This document shows, piece after piece, positions 16,806 to 25,487 of a stretch of DNA of 32,000 nt. Location: positions 60,860-92,859 of the forward strand of contig NZ_LZIR01000096.1 in assembly GCF_001667035.1 (NCBI RefSeq), written 5' to 3'. The DNA comes from Mycobacterium sp. 852002-51057_SCH5723018. GTDB taxonomy: Bacteria > Actinomycetota > Actinomycetes > Mycobacteriales > Mycobacteriaceae. Both the position numbers and the translations under genes were made by a program. Each line of letters opens with the position of its first letter. Within the stretch, counting starts at the first letter, position 1. The notes beneath the pieces are model-generated. The model ran no database searches, was not told where the DNA came from, and was given only the letters and a program-made list of their open reading frames with translations.

Positions 16806-17910
16806 GTCGATGGCTTCAAACTTCAAGGCCACCAAGGTGCCACCCGCGTGGCTGGCCCGCGCTGTCGAGTGGATTCGCCACTACCTGTATCGGCTTCATC
16901 AACGGCTGACACCCGCGCCGGCAGCGATGATGGAGATGATCATTGCCACCTGGACATCGCAGGCGATCACCGTGGCAGCCCAACTCGGCGTCGCCGACGC
17001 CCTGGCCGACGGCCCGCTGCCGATCGACGAGCTGGCGGCCCGGGTGGGCGCGGACGCGGACGCGCTGCACCGGCTGCTGCGGGCATTGATCGGCAAGGGC
17101 GTCTTCCGACATCGCCCCGACGGACGCTGTGAGCTGAATTCCCTTGCCGGTACGCTGCGTTCGGACGCGCCGATCTCGATGATGTGGGCGGCGCAGTTCT
17201 ACGGGTCACGCGAACAGCGCGAGCGCTGGACCCTGATGGCGGACGCGATCCGCACCGGAAGTACCGTCGTCCCGGCACTGCGCGGCGCGGAGAGCTTCGA
17301 CTACTTCGCCGGGTACCCGGAGTTCGCCGAACTCTTCAATCAGACGATGACGAGCGTTTCGCAGCTGACGGACGGGTCGGTGGTCGCCGGCTACGACTTC
17401 AGCGCCTACCCCACGATCGTCGACGTGGGCGGCGGGCGGGGTCCACTGCTGGCCGCCATCCTGGCGGCGGCGCCGGATTCCCGGGGCGTACTCTACGACC
17501 TGCCGCGGGTGGTCGCGGACGTCCCAAAGCTGTTGCGCGACCGCAACCTTGCGGACCGGGTGTGCATCGCGGAGGGGTCGTTTTTCGACAGCGTTCCGTG
17601 CGGCGGTGACGCCTACATCCTGAAGAACGTCATCCACGACTGGCCCGACGAAAAAGCGGTGCAGATCCTGCGTAACGTCCGCGCGGCAGCCGGACCACTG
17701 GCCACGGTGTTGCTGGTCGAACTGGTCATCCCCGAGCACGACCGCGACTTCCCCGGGAAATGGGTGGATTTGGAGATGCTGCTGAATTTAGGCGCCCGCG
17801 AACGGACCGCCACCCAGTATCGAGATCTGCTCAGCCAGGCCGGATTCCAGATGACACGGGTGGTGCAGACCGCTTCGCCCCTCAGCGTGGTCGAGGCCCG
17901 GCCGGCGTAA
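16792..17910 (+). CDS. Class I SAM-dependent O-methyltransferase (COMT / Methyltransf_2 type with N-terminal dimerisation domain)
   Basis: The SAM motif is IVDVGGGRGPLL, with downstream DAYILKNVIHDW. The start is ambiguous: GTG 16792, ATG 16798 (overlapping the upstream stop) or ATG 16810. Confidence 0.88.
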   Translation: MRMNKSMASNFKATKVPPAWLARAVEWIRHYLYRLHQRLTPAPAAMMEMIIATWTSQAITVAAQLGVADALADGPLPIDELAARVGADADALHRLLRALIGKGVFRHRPDGRCELNSLAGTLRSDAPISMMWAAQFYGSREQRERWTLMADAIRTGSTVVPALRGAESFDYFAGYPEFAELFNQTMTSVSQLTDGSVVAGYDFSAYPTIVDVGGGRGPLLAAILAAAPDSRGVLYDLPRVVADVPKLLRDRNLADRVCIAEGSFFDSVPCGGDAYILKNVIHDWPDEKAVQILRNVRAAAGPLATVLLVELVIPEHDRDFPGKWVDLEMLLNLGARERTATQYRDLLSQAGFQMTRVVQTASPLSVVEARPA

Positions 17911-17952
17911 GTATCACCGCCGCGCTGCCGGCCGGGTTAGCCTTTACCCCGT

Positions 17953-18186
17953 ATGCACACCATCGAGGCCGACTACCTGGTCGTCGGCGCGGGCGCCATG
18001 GGAATGGCGTTCACCGACACGCTGGTATCCGAGACGGACGCCCGCGTGGTGCTGGTGGACCGCAGCCACCAGCCGGGTGGGCGCTGGACCACGGCCGGAA
18101 TGGCCAAGTCGGCGCTGTCGGCCTCCGCCACGAAGCTTGACCGGCTGATGCTCGAACCAAGACGCGTTCGCCGAGACCCCGTGTAA
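17953..18186 (+). pseudogene. Truncated N-terminal fragment of a FAD/NAD(P)-binding oxidoreductase
   Basis: In this 77-codon ORF the first ~45 residues form a flavoprotein N-terminus (DYLVVGAGAMGMAF ... VVLVDRSHQPGGRW). The sequence then loses any family pattern and stops. Relatives as I recall them are several hundred aa long. Confidence 0.5.
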
Positions 18187-18218
18187 CCCGAGCTGATATT
18201 GATCGGTGAAGGAGGCAC

Positions 18219-18770
18219 GTGGCGGCACAAAAGGAACCCGTCGACCCGCGCCCGCTGCGCGCGGTGCCCGACAGTGGTTATGGCGAGGGTTATCCCGATT
18301 GGGAGGCCGTGTACCAGGACAACGCGACCTGGGTGTACCGGACGCTGTTCGCGCGGGTCGGCAACCGGGCCGACGCCGAGGACCTCACCGCCGAGGTTTT
18401 CCTCGCCGCGCTGCGGCCGCTGCGCTTGACCGCGAGCGTGGGCGAGGTCCGCGCCTACCTGCGGGCCACGGCCCGGACGGTGCTGGCCGCGCATTGGCGC
18501 GAGACCATGGGCCGGGAGATAACCTCGATCGACGACATCGAACAACCACCCGACAGCGAGGAGGCGATCAGCACCGCGCCCCAGCGTGTCGCGAAGGTTC
18601 TCGACACGCTGCCGGACCGGTATCGCCAGATTCTGGAAATGCGTTTCTTGCAAGGAGATTCGATCAAGGAGGCCGCCGCCGAGCTGGGCATCAGCGTTGC
18701 CAACGCCAAGGTGCTTCAACACCGCGCCCTGCGGCTGGCGGCACAGGTCAACGATGGAGGCCACTCATGA
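18219..18770 (+). CDS. ECF-type RNA polymerase sigma-70 family factor
   Basis: GTG 18219 has GAAGGAGG 4 nt upstream. 183 aa. Region 2 reads VYRTLFARVGNRADAEDLTAEVFLAAL. The region 4 HTH reads LPDRYRQILEMRFLQGDSIKEAAAELGISVANAKVLQHRALRLAA. Confidence 0.88.
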   Translation: MAAQKEPVDPRPLRAVPDSGYGEGYPDWEAVYQDNATWVYRTLFARVGNRADAEDLTAEVFLAALRPLRLTASVGEVRAYLRATARTVLAAHWRETMGREITSIDDIEQPPDSEEAISTAPQRVAKVLDTLPDRYRQILEMRFLQGDSIKEAAAELGISVANAKVLQHRALRLAAQVNDGGHS

Positions 18771-19471
18771 ACGCGCGAGGTTTGCGCCGCTACGTCGATG
18801 ACTTGCTGCGGGGCCGCCGCCCCAAGCCGTTTGCGCCCGACGACTTCGAGGCGGCGCAGATCCGGACGGCGATCGAGCTGCGAGCCGCCCGGCAGGACGG
18901 CGACGCGCCCAGCCAGGAGTTCCTCACCGATCTGCACCGCCGACTCGCCGAGCAGATGACCGGCGCGCCGCCCGAAGCGGCGCCGAAGCCGAACACGACG
19001 CGCCGCCAGGTCATCGTGGGGACGTCGGCCGCCGCGGTCGCCGCGGCCGCCGCGGTCTCCATCGATCGAGCCGTGATCGGCGTCCCCGCCGAAGGCCCCG
19101 CCTCTGATGTCGCAGCCGGCCAGCTCACGCCGAACGACGGAAGCTGGCAGCCGGTGGCGGCCAGCTCGGACGTGCCCGACGGCGTGATGCATCCGTTCGA
19201 CCTAGGTTCGGTCAGCGGCTTCGTGCGCCGGGTCGATGGCAAGGCCCAGGCCGTGTCCGGGGTGTGCACCCACCAGGGCTGCCGGCTGTGGTTCGACGCG
19301 CCGGCGGACACGCTGCGCTGCCCCTGCCACACGACGTCGTTCTCGCCCACCGGTCAGGTGCGCACCCACCAATTGCCGATCGCGCCAAAGCCGTTGCCGG
19401 CGCTAATCGTTCGCGAGGTCAACGGGGTGATCGAGGTGTTCGCCCCGCCGCACCGCGACGAACCGGCTTAG
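18767..19471 (+). CDS. Membrane-anchored Rieske [2Fe-2S] domain protein (candidate anti-sigma factor)
   Basis: ATG 18767 has an ATGA overlap with the sigma stop. 234 aa. The N-terminal ~65 aa are soluble. A twin-Arg-like hydrophobic anchor follows (TTRRQVIVGTSAAAVAAAAAVSI). The C-terminal Rieske motif is CTHQGC-x12-CPCH. Confidence 0.85.
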   Translation: MNARGLRRYVDDLLRGRRPKPFAPDDFEAAQIRTAIELRAARQDGDAPSQEFLTDLHRRLAEQMTGAPPEAAPKPNTTRRQVIVGTSAAAVAAAAAVSIDRAVIGVPAEGPASDVAAGQLTPNDGSWQPVAASSDVPDGVMHPFDLGSVSGFVRRVDGKAQAVSGVCTHQGCRLWFDAPADTLRCPCHTTSFSPTGQVRTHQLPIAPKPLPALIVREVNGVIEVFAPPHRDEPA

Positions 19472-19511
19472 GGGTTTTGGAACGGTGTAACCCACCGCCC
19501 TATCTCTTGGC

Positions 19512-19994
19512 ATGACCACCATGCTTCGAAAACACCGGGCCTTCGTGGCCTCGGTTGCCGTTGCCGCCCTATTGCTGGCCGGATGCTCGAGTTCTCGGCC
19601 GGCTGCGCAGCAGCCATCTCCGTCGATCACCTTTGGCTCCGCCGCCAGCGGCACGCCGGGAATGCCGGGCATGAGCCCGATGCCTCCGATGACGGGTGCT
19701 TCCACGGGCGCACCGTCGGCAACCGATTCGCCCGCGGCGGCCGTCGGCGACGCCGTCACCATCGACAACTTCGCCTTCGCGCCGGCGACGCTGACGGTCC
19801 GGGCCGGCAGCACCGTCACGTGGACCAACAAAGACGAAGAGCCGCACACCGTGGCCGCGACCGACGGGTCGTTTCACTCGCCCGGCATGGGTACGGGGGC
19901 CACGTTTTCGCACATCTTCCCCAGCGCGGGGAAATTCGACTACGTGTGCTCGATTCACCCGTCCATGCACGGCACGGTGGTGGTGACGCAATGA
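19512..19994 (+). CDS. Cupredoxin (type-1 copper, plastocyanin/amicyanin-like) lipoprotein
   Basis: 160 aa. The signal peptide has the lipobox LLAGC. The C-terminal cupredoxin has Cu-ligand patterns EPHTV and CSIHPSM (C-x2-H-x2-M). Confidence 0.85.
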   Translation: MTTMLRKHRAFVASVAVAALLLAGCSSSRPAAQQPSPSITFGSAASGTPGMPGMSPMPPMTGASTGAPSATDSPAAAVGDAVTIDNFAFAPATLTVRAGSTVTWTNKDEEPHTVAATDGSFHSPGMGTGATFSHIFPSAGKFDYVCSIHPSMHGTVVVTQ

Positions 19995-20923
19995 GCAGTC
20001 AAGACCCGCGCAACATGAACCGCCGCCAGCTCATCCGCCACACGGCATGGTTCGGCGCGGCGGTCGGCCTCGCCGTCGCCGGCGGTGAGGTCATCTCACA
20101 CGTCGCCGGCTCCGCTTCGGCCGAGCATGCGCCGGCCAGGCCTGCCCTGCGGTTCGCCCAAATCAGCGACAGCCACATCGGATTCACCGGCGCCCCCAAT
20201 CCCAACGTCGCCGACACCTTCGGCCACGCCATCGATCGGGTCAACAATCTCGGCTACACACCGGATTTCGTCATCCACACCGGCGATCTCACTCACCTGT
20301 CCACCCCGGATCAGTTCGATCAGGTGAAGCAGATGATGAGCAAGCTGCAATCGCCGCACGTCTTCACGGTGCCCGGCGAACACGACTCGGTCGACGACGC
20401 GGGACAGAAGTACCGCAGCGTCTTCGGTGCGGGAACCCGCGGCGACGGCTGGTATAGCTTCGACATCGCCGGCGTGCACGTGATCGCCCTGGTGAACACG
20501 TTGAACCTGAAGAAGCTTGGGCATTTGGGCACCGACCAGTTGGGCTTCGTGCAAAAAGACGTCGCGGGGTTGTCCAGTGACACCCCCATCATCGTGTTCA
20601 GCCACATCCCGTTGTTCGCGATGTACCCGGACTGGGGTTGGGGAACCGACGACGCCAGCCAGGCGCTGAGCTACCTGAGCCGCTTTTCGTCGGTCACCTG
20701 CCTCAACGGGCATGTGCATCAGCTGTTTTCCAAGACCGAAGGCAACGTCCACTTCTACAGCGGAACGACGACCGCCTACCCGTTACCCCACCCCGGCGAC
20801 GGCCCGGCGCCGAAGCCGGTCACACTGCCGGCCGGCAAGCTCGGCGACGCCCTGGGCGTCCGTGAGGTCAGCTACACCAAAGGGCAGACCGCCCTGGCAT
20901 TGAAAGAGACCAAGCTGCAATGA
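19991..20923 (+). CDS. Tat-signal metallophosphoesterase
   Basis: ATG 19991 has an ATGA overlap. 310 aa. The twin-arginine signal is NMNRRQLIRHTAWFGAAVGLAVAGG. Calcineurin-like motifs are DSHIG, HTGDLTH, GEHD, SHIP and GHVHQ. Confidence 0.85.
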   Translation: MSSQDPRNMNRRQLIRHTAWFGAAVGLAVAGGEVISHVAGSASAEHAPARPALRFAQISDSHIGFTGAPNPNVADTFGHAIDRVNNLGYTPDFVIHTGDLTHLSTPDQFDQVKQMMSKLQSPHVFTVPGEHDSVDDAGQKYRSVFGAGTRGDGWYSFDIAGVHVIALVNTLNLKKLGHLGTDQLGFVQKDVAGLSSDTPIIVFSHIPLFAMYPDWGWGTDDASQALSYLSRFSSVTCLNGHVHQLFSKTEGNVHFYSGTTTAYPLPHPGDGPAPKPVTLPAGKLGDALGVREVSYTKGQTALALKETKLQ

Positions 20924-21300
20924 GACTCATTCTTCGACTCGCCCTGGCGCTCGCGCTGGCGGTCAGCGCCGCCAGCCATGCCTACCTGTATATCCATGGC
21001 TACCAACATATTCCGATGATCGGGCCCGCGTTCCTTGTCCAGGCCAGCGTTTCGCTCGCGCTGGCGGTGCTGATCATCGGGGGCGGTCCCTGGTGGCTGG
21101 AATGGGCCGCCGCCGCGATGGCGGGCGGGTCCCTGGTGGCGTTCGTGCTGTCGAGGACCGTCGGACTCTTCGGCTTCACCGAACACGGGTGGGACCCATC
21201 GCCCCACGCGGCCATCACCGTCGTCGCCGAGGTGCTGTGCGTGCTGCTGTGGGCGGCCGCGTTCGTCAGGTTGCCGCGGTCCCGGCCCGTGGCCGCCTGA
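20920..21300 (+). CDS. Small integral membrane protein (four hydrophobic helices), unknown family
   Basis: ATGA overlap with the previous gene. 126 aa with four hydrophobic stretches. Confidence 0.7.
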   Translation: MRLILRLALALALAVSAASHAYLYIHGYQHIPMIGPAFLVQASVSLALAVLIIGGGPWWLEWAAAAMAGGSLVAFVLSRTVGLFGFTEHGWDPSPHAAITVVAEVLCVLLWAAAFVRLPRSRPVAA

Positions 21301-21301
21301 C

Positions 21302-22996
21302 TCAGGTGTCGAAATACATCGTCCCCGTGCCGCCGGGGCTGTAGGAGAGGTAGATCGGTGTCTGCGTGAAGGGATACACCCCGGTGTTGAAGTAATCCAG
21401 GTTCGACACCACCTGTGGGAGGTTGGGGGCCGCACCGGCCACCGTCTGCGAGTACAGCAGGGTTCCGCCGTTGGCGGTGTAGACCGAGATGGTGTCTCCC
21501 GCCGGAACATAGCCGTTGAAGATCTGACTGAGCGGCAGTAGCTGCTGGGGGACGGCGCCGAAGGCGCCACCGGAATCGATGAAGGACGAGACGTTGCCGC
21601 TGAGCAAGCCACCGCCGATCGACACGTACAGGGTGGTGATCGGCGCTCCGGGCAACGAGGCGTAGGAGGGCAGCGGGTTGCCACCGAACTGGAAATAGCC
21701 CCCGGGCTCGTTGAAGAGCACGCCCTGACCGAGGGTGCCCGGCAACGCCGCGATCACGGGGCCGGGGGCGCTACCCGAATTCATGTGCCAGGTCCCGGCA
21801 TTCGTTCCGACACCCATCACGGCAAATCCGTTCGAACCCGGAAGCGTCTGGCCGTTTTGGGTTACCGAGGTGATGACGCCGATGGTGGTCGGCGTGGTGA
21901 TGATCCCATTGCCGAAATTCACCGGTGCGTTATACGTGGTGAACGTTTCGCTCAAGCTGCTTGCGCTGTTGCCGTAGGTGGCGGTGCCCGATCCGGTGGC
22001 AGCGCCGAGCGTCGCCAGGTTGACGTATTGGGGCGGGACCAGCAGACCGGTGGAACCGGTGTCGACGATCACTTGGGATGGCGGCCCGCCGGCTATGGAG
22101 ATGAGTGCGTCGGTGCGGATGCCATCCGCGTACAGCGCAACGGTGGGCGGACCACCGATGGCGCCGGTGGCCCCGTGGGTGCCCAGGAAGCCGCCGAGCC
22201 CCCCGGCACCGCCGGAGCCACCCAAGACTCCGCCCGTCCCGCCCGGCCCGCCGACGCCGACCAGCAATCCGCCACGACCGCCCGTACCGCCGAGGCCCGC
22301 CAGTTCGCCCCCCAGCCCGCCGGGCCCACCGTTGCCGAACCACAGCGCGCTGCCGCCGGTGCCGCCGACGCTCAGGGGTCCTCCGATACCGCCGGCCCCG
22401 CCGGTGCCCCACAGCAATCCCGCGGTGCCCCCGATTCCGCCGGGTGCGCCCCAGCCGCCCATTCCGCCGGTGCCGCCCGTGCCGATCAATCCGGCCGGCC
22501 CGCCGGCACCGCCGGGCACGCCGGTGGCGATGCTGTCCCCGCCGTTGCCGCCGCTGCCGATCAAGATCCCACCCGGCCCACCGGCGCTCCCGACGCCTTG
22601 CGCGGTGGTCGTCCCGTCTGCGCCGTGACCGATCAGGGGACGTCCCAGCAGTATGTTGGTCGGCGCGTTGATCACGCCGAGCACGTCTTGCTCGAGGACC
22701 TGCAGCGGATTGGCGTTGGCGGCCTCGGTGGCTGCATAGGCGCCCGCGCCGGCGTTGAGCGTCTGCACCAGCTGGGCGTGAAACGCCGCGGCCTGCGCGC
22801 TGAGCGCCTGATATCCGGTCGCATACCGGGAAAACACCGTCGCTATCGCCGCCGACACCTCATCGTCGGCGGCCGCCATCACCCCGTTCGCGCGCGCGAG
22901 CGCCTGCGCATGGGCCGCGTCGATCGCGGAACCGAGGCTCACCAAGTCTGTTGCCGCCCCGGACACCATTTCGGGCGCCGCGATCACAAACGACAT
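21302..22996 (-). CDS. PE_PGRS family protein with C-terminal aspartic-protease domain
   Basis: The start is taken at MSFVIAAPE (ATG 22996) rather than track 23011. It has a PE domain of about 100 aa and Gly-rich PGRS repeats. The C-terminal pepsin-like domain carries both catalytic motifs (VIVDTGSTG and FIDSGGAFG). Confidence 0.9.
   Translation of the reverse strand: MSFVIAAPEMVSGAATDLVSLGSAIDAAHAQALARANGVMAAADDEVSAAIATVFSRYATGYQALSAQAAAFHAQLVQTLNAGAGAYAATEAANANPLQVLEQDVLGVINAPTNILLGRPLIGHGADGTTTAQGVGSAGGPGGILIGSGGNGGDSIATGVPGGAGGPAGLIGTGGTGGMGGWGAPGGIGGTAGLLWGTGGAGGIGGPLSVGGTGGSALWFGNGGPGGLGGELAGLGGTGGRGGLLVGVGGPGGTGGVLGGSGGAGGLGGFLGTHGATGAIGGPPTVALYADGIRTDALISIAGGPPSQVIVDTGSTGLLVPPQYVNLATLGAATGSGTATYGNSASSLSETFTTYNAPVNFGNGIITTPTTIGVITSVTQNGQTLPGSNGFAVMGVGTNAGTWHMNSGSAPGPVIAALPGTLGQGVLFNEPGGYFQFGGNPLPSYASLPGAPITTLYVSIGGGLLSGNVSSFIDSGGAFGAVPQQLLPLSQIFNGYVPAGDTISVYTANGGTLLYSQTVAGAAPNLPQVVSNLDYFNTGVYPFTQTPIYLSYSPGGTGTMYFDT
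22148..22627 (-). repeat. PGRS (GGA/GGN-rich) coding repeat region
   Basis: Residues ~124-283 are tandem GGxGG-type repeats (e.g. [29 protein letters not shown]). Boundaries are approximate. Confidence 0.8.
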
Positions 22997-23291
22997 CTGA
23001 CACCTTCCCAACCCCGGCCATCAGCGATAAGCGGATGGTAGGCGTGCCCGGCCGCGAAATTGCGTGTTTTCGACGACAATCCGGCCACCCGAAAGTCGTG
23101 TCGACGGCGGACCGCGGGGCGTTCGTCAGGAAGGCTCTGTGCCGCAGAACTTTTCGATGATTGCGTCGGTCTGGGCCGTCGTCGCGAAGCTTCCGCCGAG
23201 AAACTGGATCGACCAGTGGTGCGACGCCTCGACGGCTGAACAGGCGCGACGCGTTCGTGTTCGTGGACCCCGTGCTGGTGCACTTTGTCAG

Positions 23292-23313
23292 GTCCGCCCA
23301 AGCCAAGGCGGAC
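23292..23313 (-). terminator. Possible terminator hairpin downstream of the lipoprotein gene
   Basis: GTCCGCC (23292-23298) pairs with GGCGGAC (23307-23313) around an 8-nt loop, about 90 nt past the stop at 23399. There is no U-tract. Confidence 0.25.
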
Positions 23314-23398
23314 GCGCGATGAAAGTGCTCCTTTCCAAGGATGATTCGGCGGCTTTGGAAGCCAGCTTGTGCTCGCGGTATGGCGGCGCCCGGAGAGC

Positions 23399-23866
23399 CT
23401 AGGGGCAGGTGACGTTGACCTCGAACGGCTTACGGACCTGCGCGCCCGTGCTGTCGATGCCGCTGGCGATGCCGGTGATCTTGTAGGTGTTGCCCGCCTT
23501 GGTGGCAGTGGCGTTCTCGCCGGGCACACCCTCGGTGAAGCTCATCACCACTCCGTCGACGGTGCCGAGGCCCGCGTTGTGGACGGCAGATCCGTCTTGC
23601 TCGAGGCCGACGATGATGCCGGTGGCCATGTCGCCGACCGCGATGGAGAACTTGCCGTTGTTCGTCGCGCACGCCACCTGGCCACTGACGTTCTGGGGTT
23701 GGCCGTCGACGATGACCCGTACCGGCCCGGCCGCCGCAGCGCCGGACGGCGTTGTGCTGGACGGCGTTGTGCTGGACGACGTTGTGCTGGACACGGTGTC
23801 GCCGTTGGAGCACCCGGCCGCGCCCGCGACGTCCACGGCGGCGGCGACCAACAACTCACGCTTCAC
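23399..23866 (-). CDS. LpqH (19-kDa antigen) family lipoprotein
   Basis: GTG 23866. The signal peptide is VKRELLVAAAVDVAGAAGC with a lipobox Cys, followed by a Ser/Thr-rich linker. The conserved core reads VIVDGQPQNVSGQVACATNNGKFSIAVG ... YKITGIASG ... FEVNVTCP. The start overlaps the rmlC end by 11 nt. Confidence 0.85.
   Translation of the reverse strand: MKRELLVAAAVDVAGAAGCSNGDTVSSTTSSSTTPSSTTPSGAAAAGPVRVIVDGQPQNVSGQVACATNNGKFSIAVGDMATGIIVGLEQDGSAVHNAGLGTVDGVVMSFTEGVPGENATATKAGNTYKITGIASGIDSTGAQVRKPFEVNVTCP
23748..23792. repeat. 15-bp tandem repeat x3 inside the lipoprotein gene
   Basis: The units are ggcgttgtgctggac, ggcgttgtgctggac, gacgttgtgctggac (23748-23762, 23763-23777, 23778-23792). 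On the minus strand they encode SSTTS-SSTTP-SSTTP. Confidence 0.85.
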
Positions 23867-24464
23867 GCATACCGCTGATGAAGCTCTGCGTCTCCTCCCA
23901 GGAGGGCAGGAGGCCGGCGGCGCGCACCTCGTCGAAGCTCGGGGCCGCGGCATCGCGATCGGACAGACTGGGCGCGGCGCCGTCGACCAGCGGCCAGTCG
24001 ATTCCCAGCGCGGGGTCCGTGGCGCAGATGGTGTGCTCGCGCTCCGGGTTGTATTCCGCCGAGCACAGGTACATCACCGTCGAGTTGTCTTGCAGCGCAA
24101 GGAAACCGTGACCGAGGCCCTCGGAGATGTAGATCGTCCTGCGGTCGGAGTCGTCGAGCAGAACCGAGTCCCACTGGCCGAAAGTCGGTGAGCCGACCCG
24201 GATGTCGACGACGACATCGAAGACCGCGCCGGATACGCACGTCACGTACTTGGCCTGACTCGGCGGCAGCTGCGCGAAGTGCACCCCACGCAGCACGCCG
24301 GCCGCCGACACCGAACAGTTGGCCTGCCGCACGTCCAACCGATGGCCGGCGAAGGAGGTGAATCCGCGGTCGGTGAGCCACTCGAAAAACATGCCACGCG
24401 AGTCGCCATGGATCCTCGGGGTGATCTCCCAGGCGCCGGGGACCTTCAGCTCGCGAACGTCCAT
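23856..24464 (-). CDS. rmlC: dTDP-4-dehydrorhamnose 3,5-epimerase
   Basis: 202 aa from ATG 24464. The track start 24476 would add MGGE and overlap rmlB. Conserved strings are ELKVPGAWEITP, RGVHFAQLPPSQAKYVTCVSG and MYLCSAEYNPEREH, matching M. tuberculosis RmlC as I recall it. Confidence 0.92.
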   Translation of the reverse strand: MDVRELKVPGAWEITPRIHGDSRGMFFEWLTDRGFTSFAGHRLDVRQANCSVSAAGVLRGVHFAQLPPSQAKYVTCVSGAVFDVVVDIRVGSPTFGQWDSVLLDDSDRRTIYISEGLGHGFLALQDNSTVMYLCSAEYNPEREHTICATDPALGIDWPLVDGAAPSLSDRDAAAPSFDEVRAAGLLPSWEETQSFISGMREA

Positions 24465-24465
24465 C

Positions 24466-25470
<1,005 letters not shown>

Positions 25471-25487
25471 CTAACCGAGCGGGATCC

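Noticed and set aside
19478-19511. GGAAC at about 19479-19483, considered as a canonical ECF -35 box for the cupredoxin gene.
   Set aside because: No CGT-type -10 box lies at 16-17 nt, and the -10 position would abut the start codon. Only the shared GTGTAACCC element is kept, as a low-confidence observation.
22148-22627. The regular short repeats of the PGRS region, considered as a CRISPR-like or VNTR array.
   Set aside because: The repeats are in-frame Gly-codon repeats inside a PE_PGRS gene. There is no repeat-spacer architecture and there are no cas genes.
21785-23041. A 418-aa plus-strand ORF opposite the PE_PGRS gene, together with 21978-22628 and 22105-22671.
   Set aside because: They are created by the reverse complement of GGN repeats and translate as Pro/Arg runs. 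The minus-strand PE_PGRS reading frame has the canonical PE start and protease motifs.
23064-23402. A 112-aa plus-strand ORF in the gap between the PE_PGRS and lipoprotein genes.
   Set aside because: It has no RBS, no recognisable motif and atypical composition. The region is more plausibly the PE_PGRS promoter and lipoprotein terminator space.
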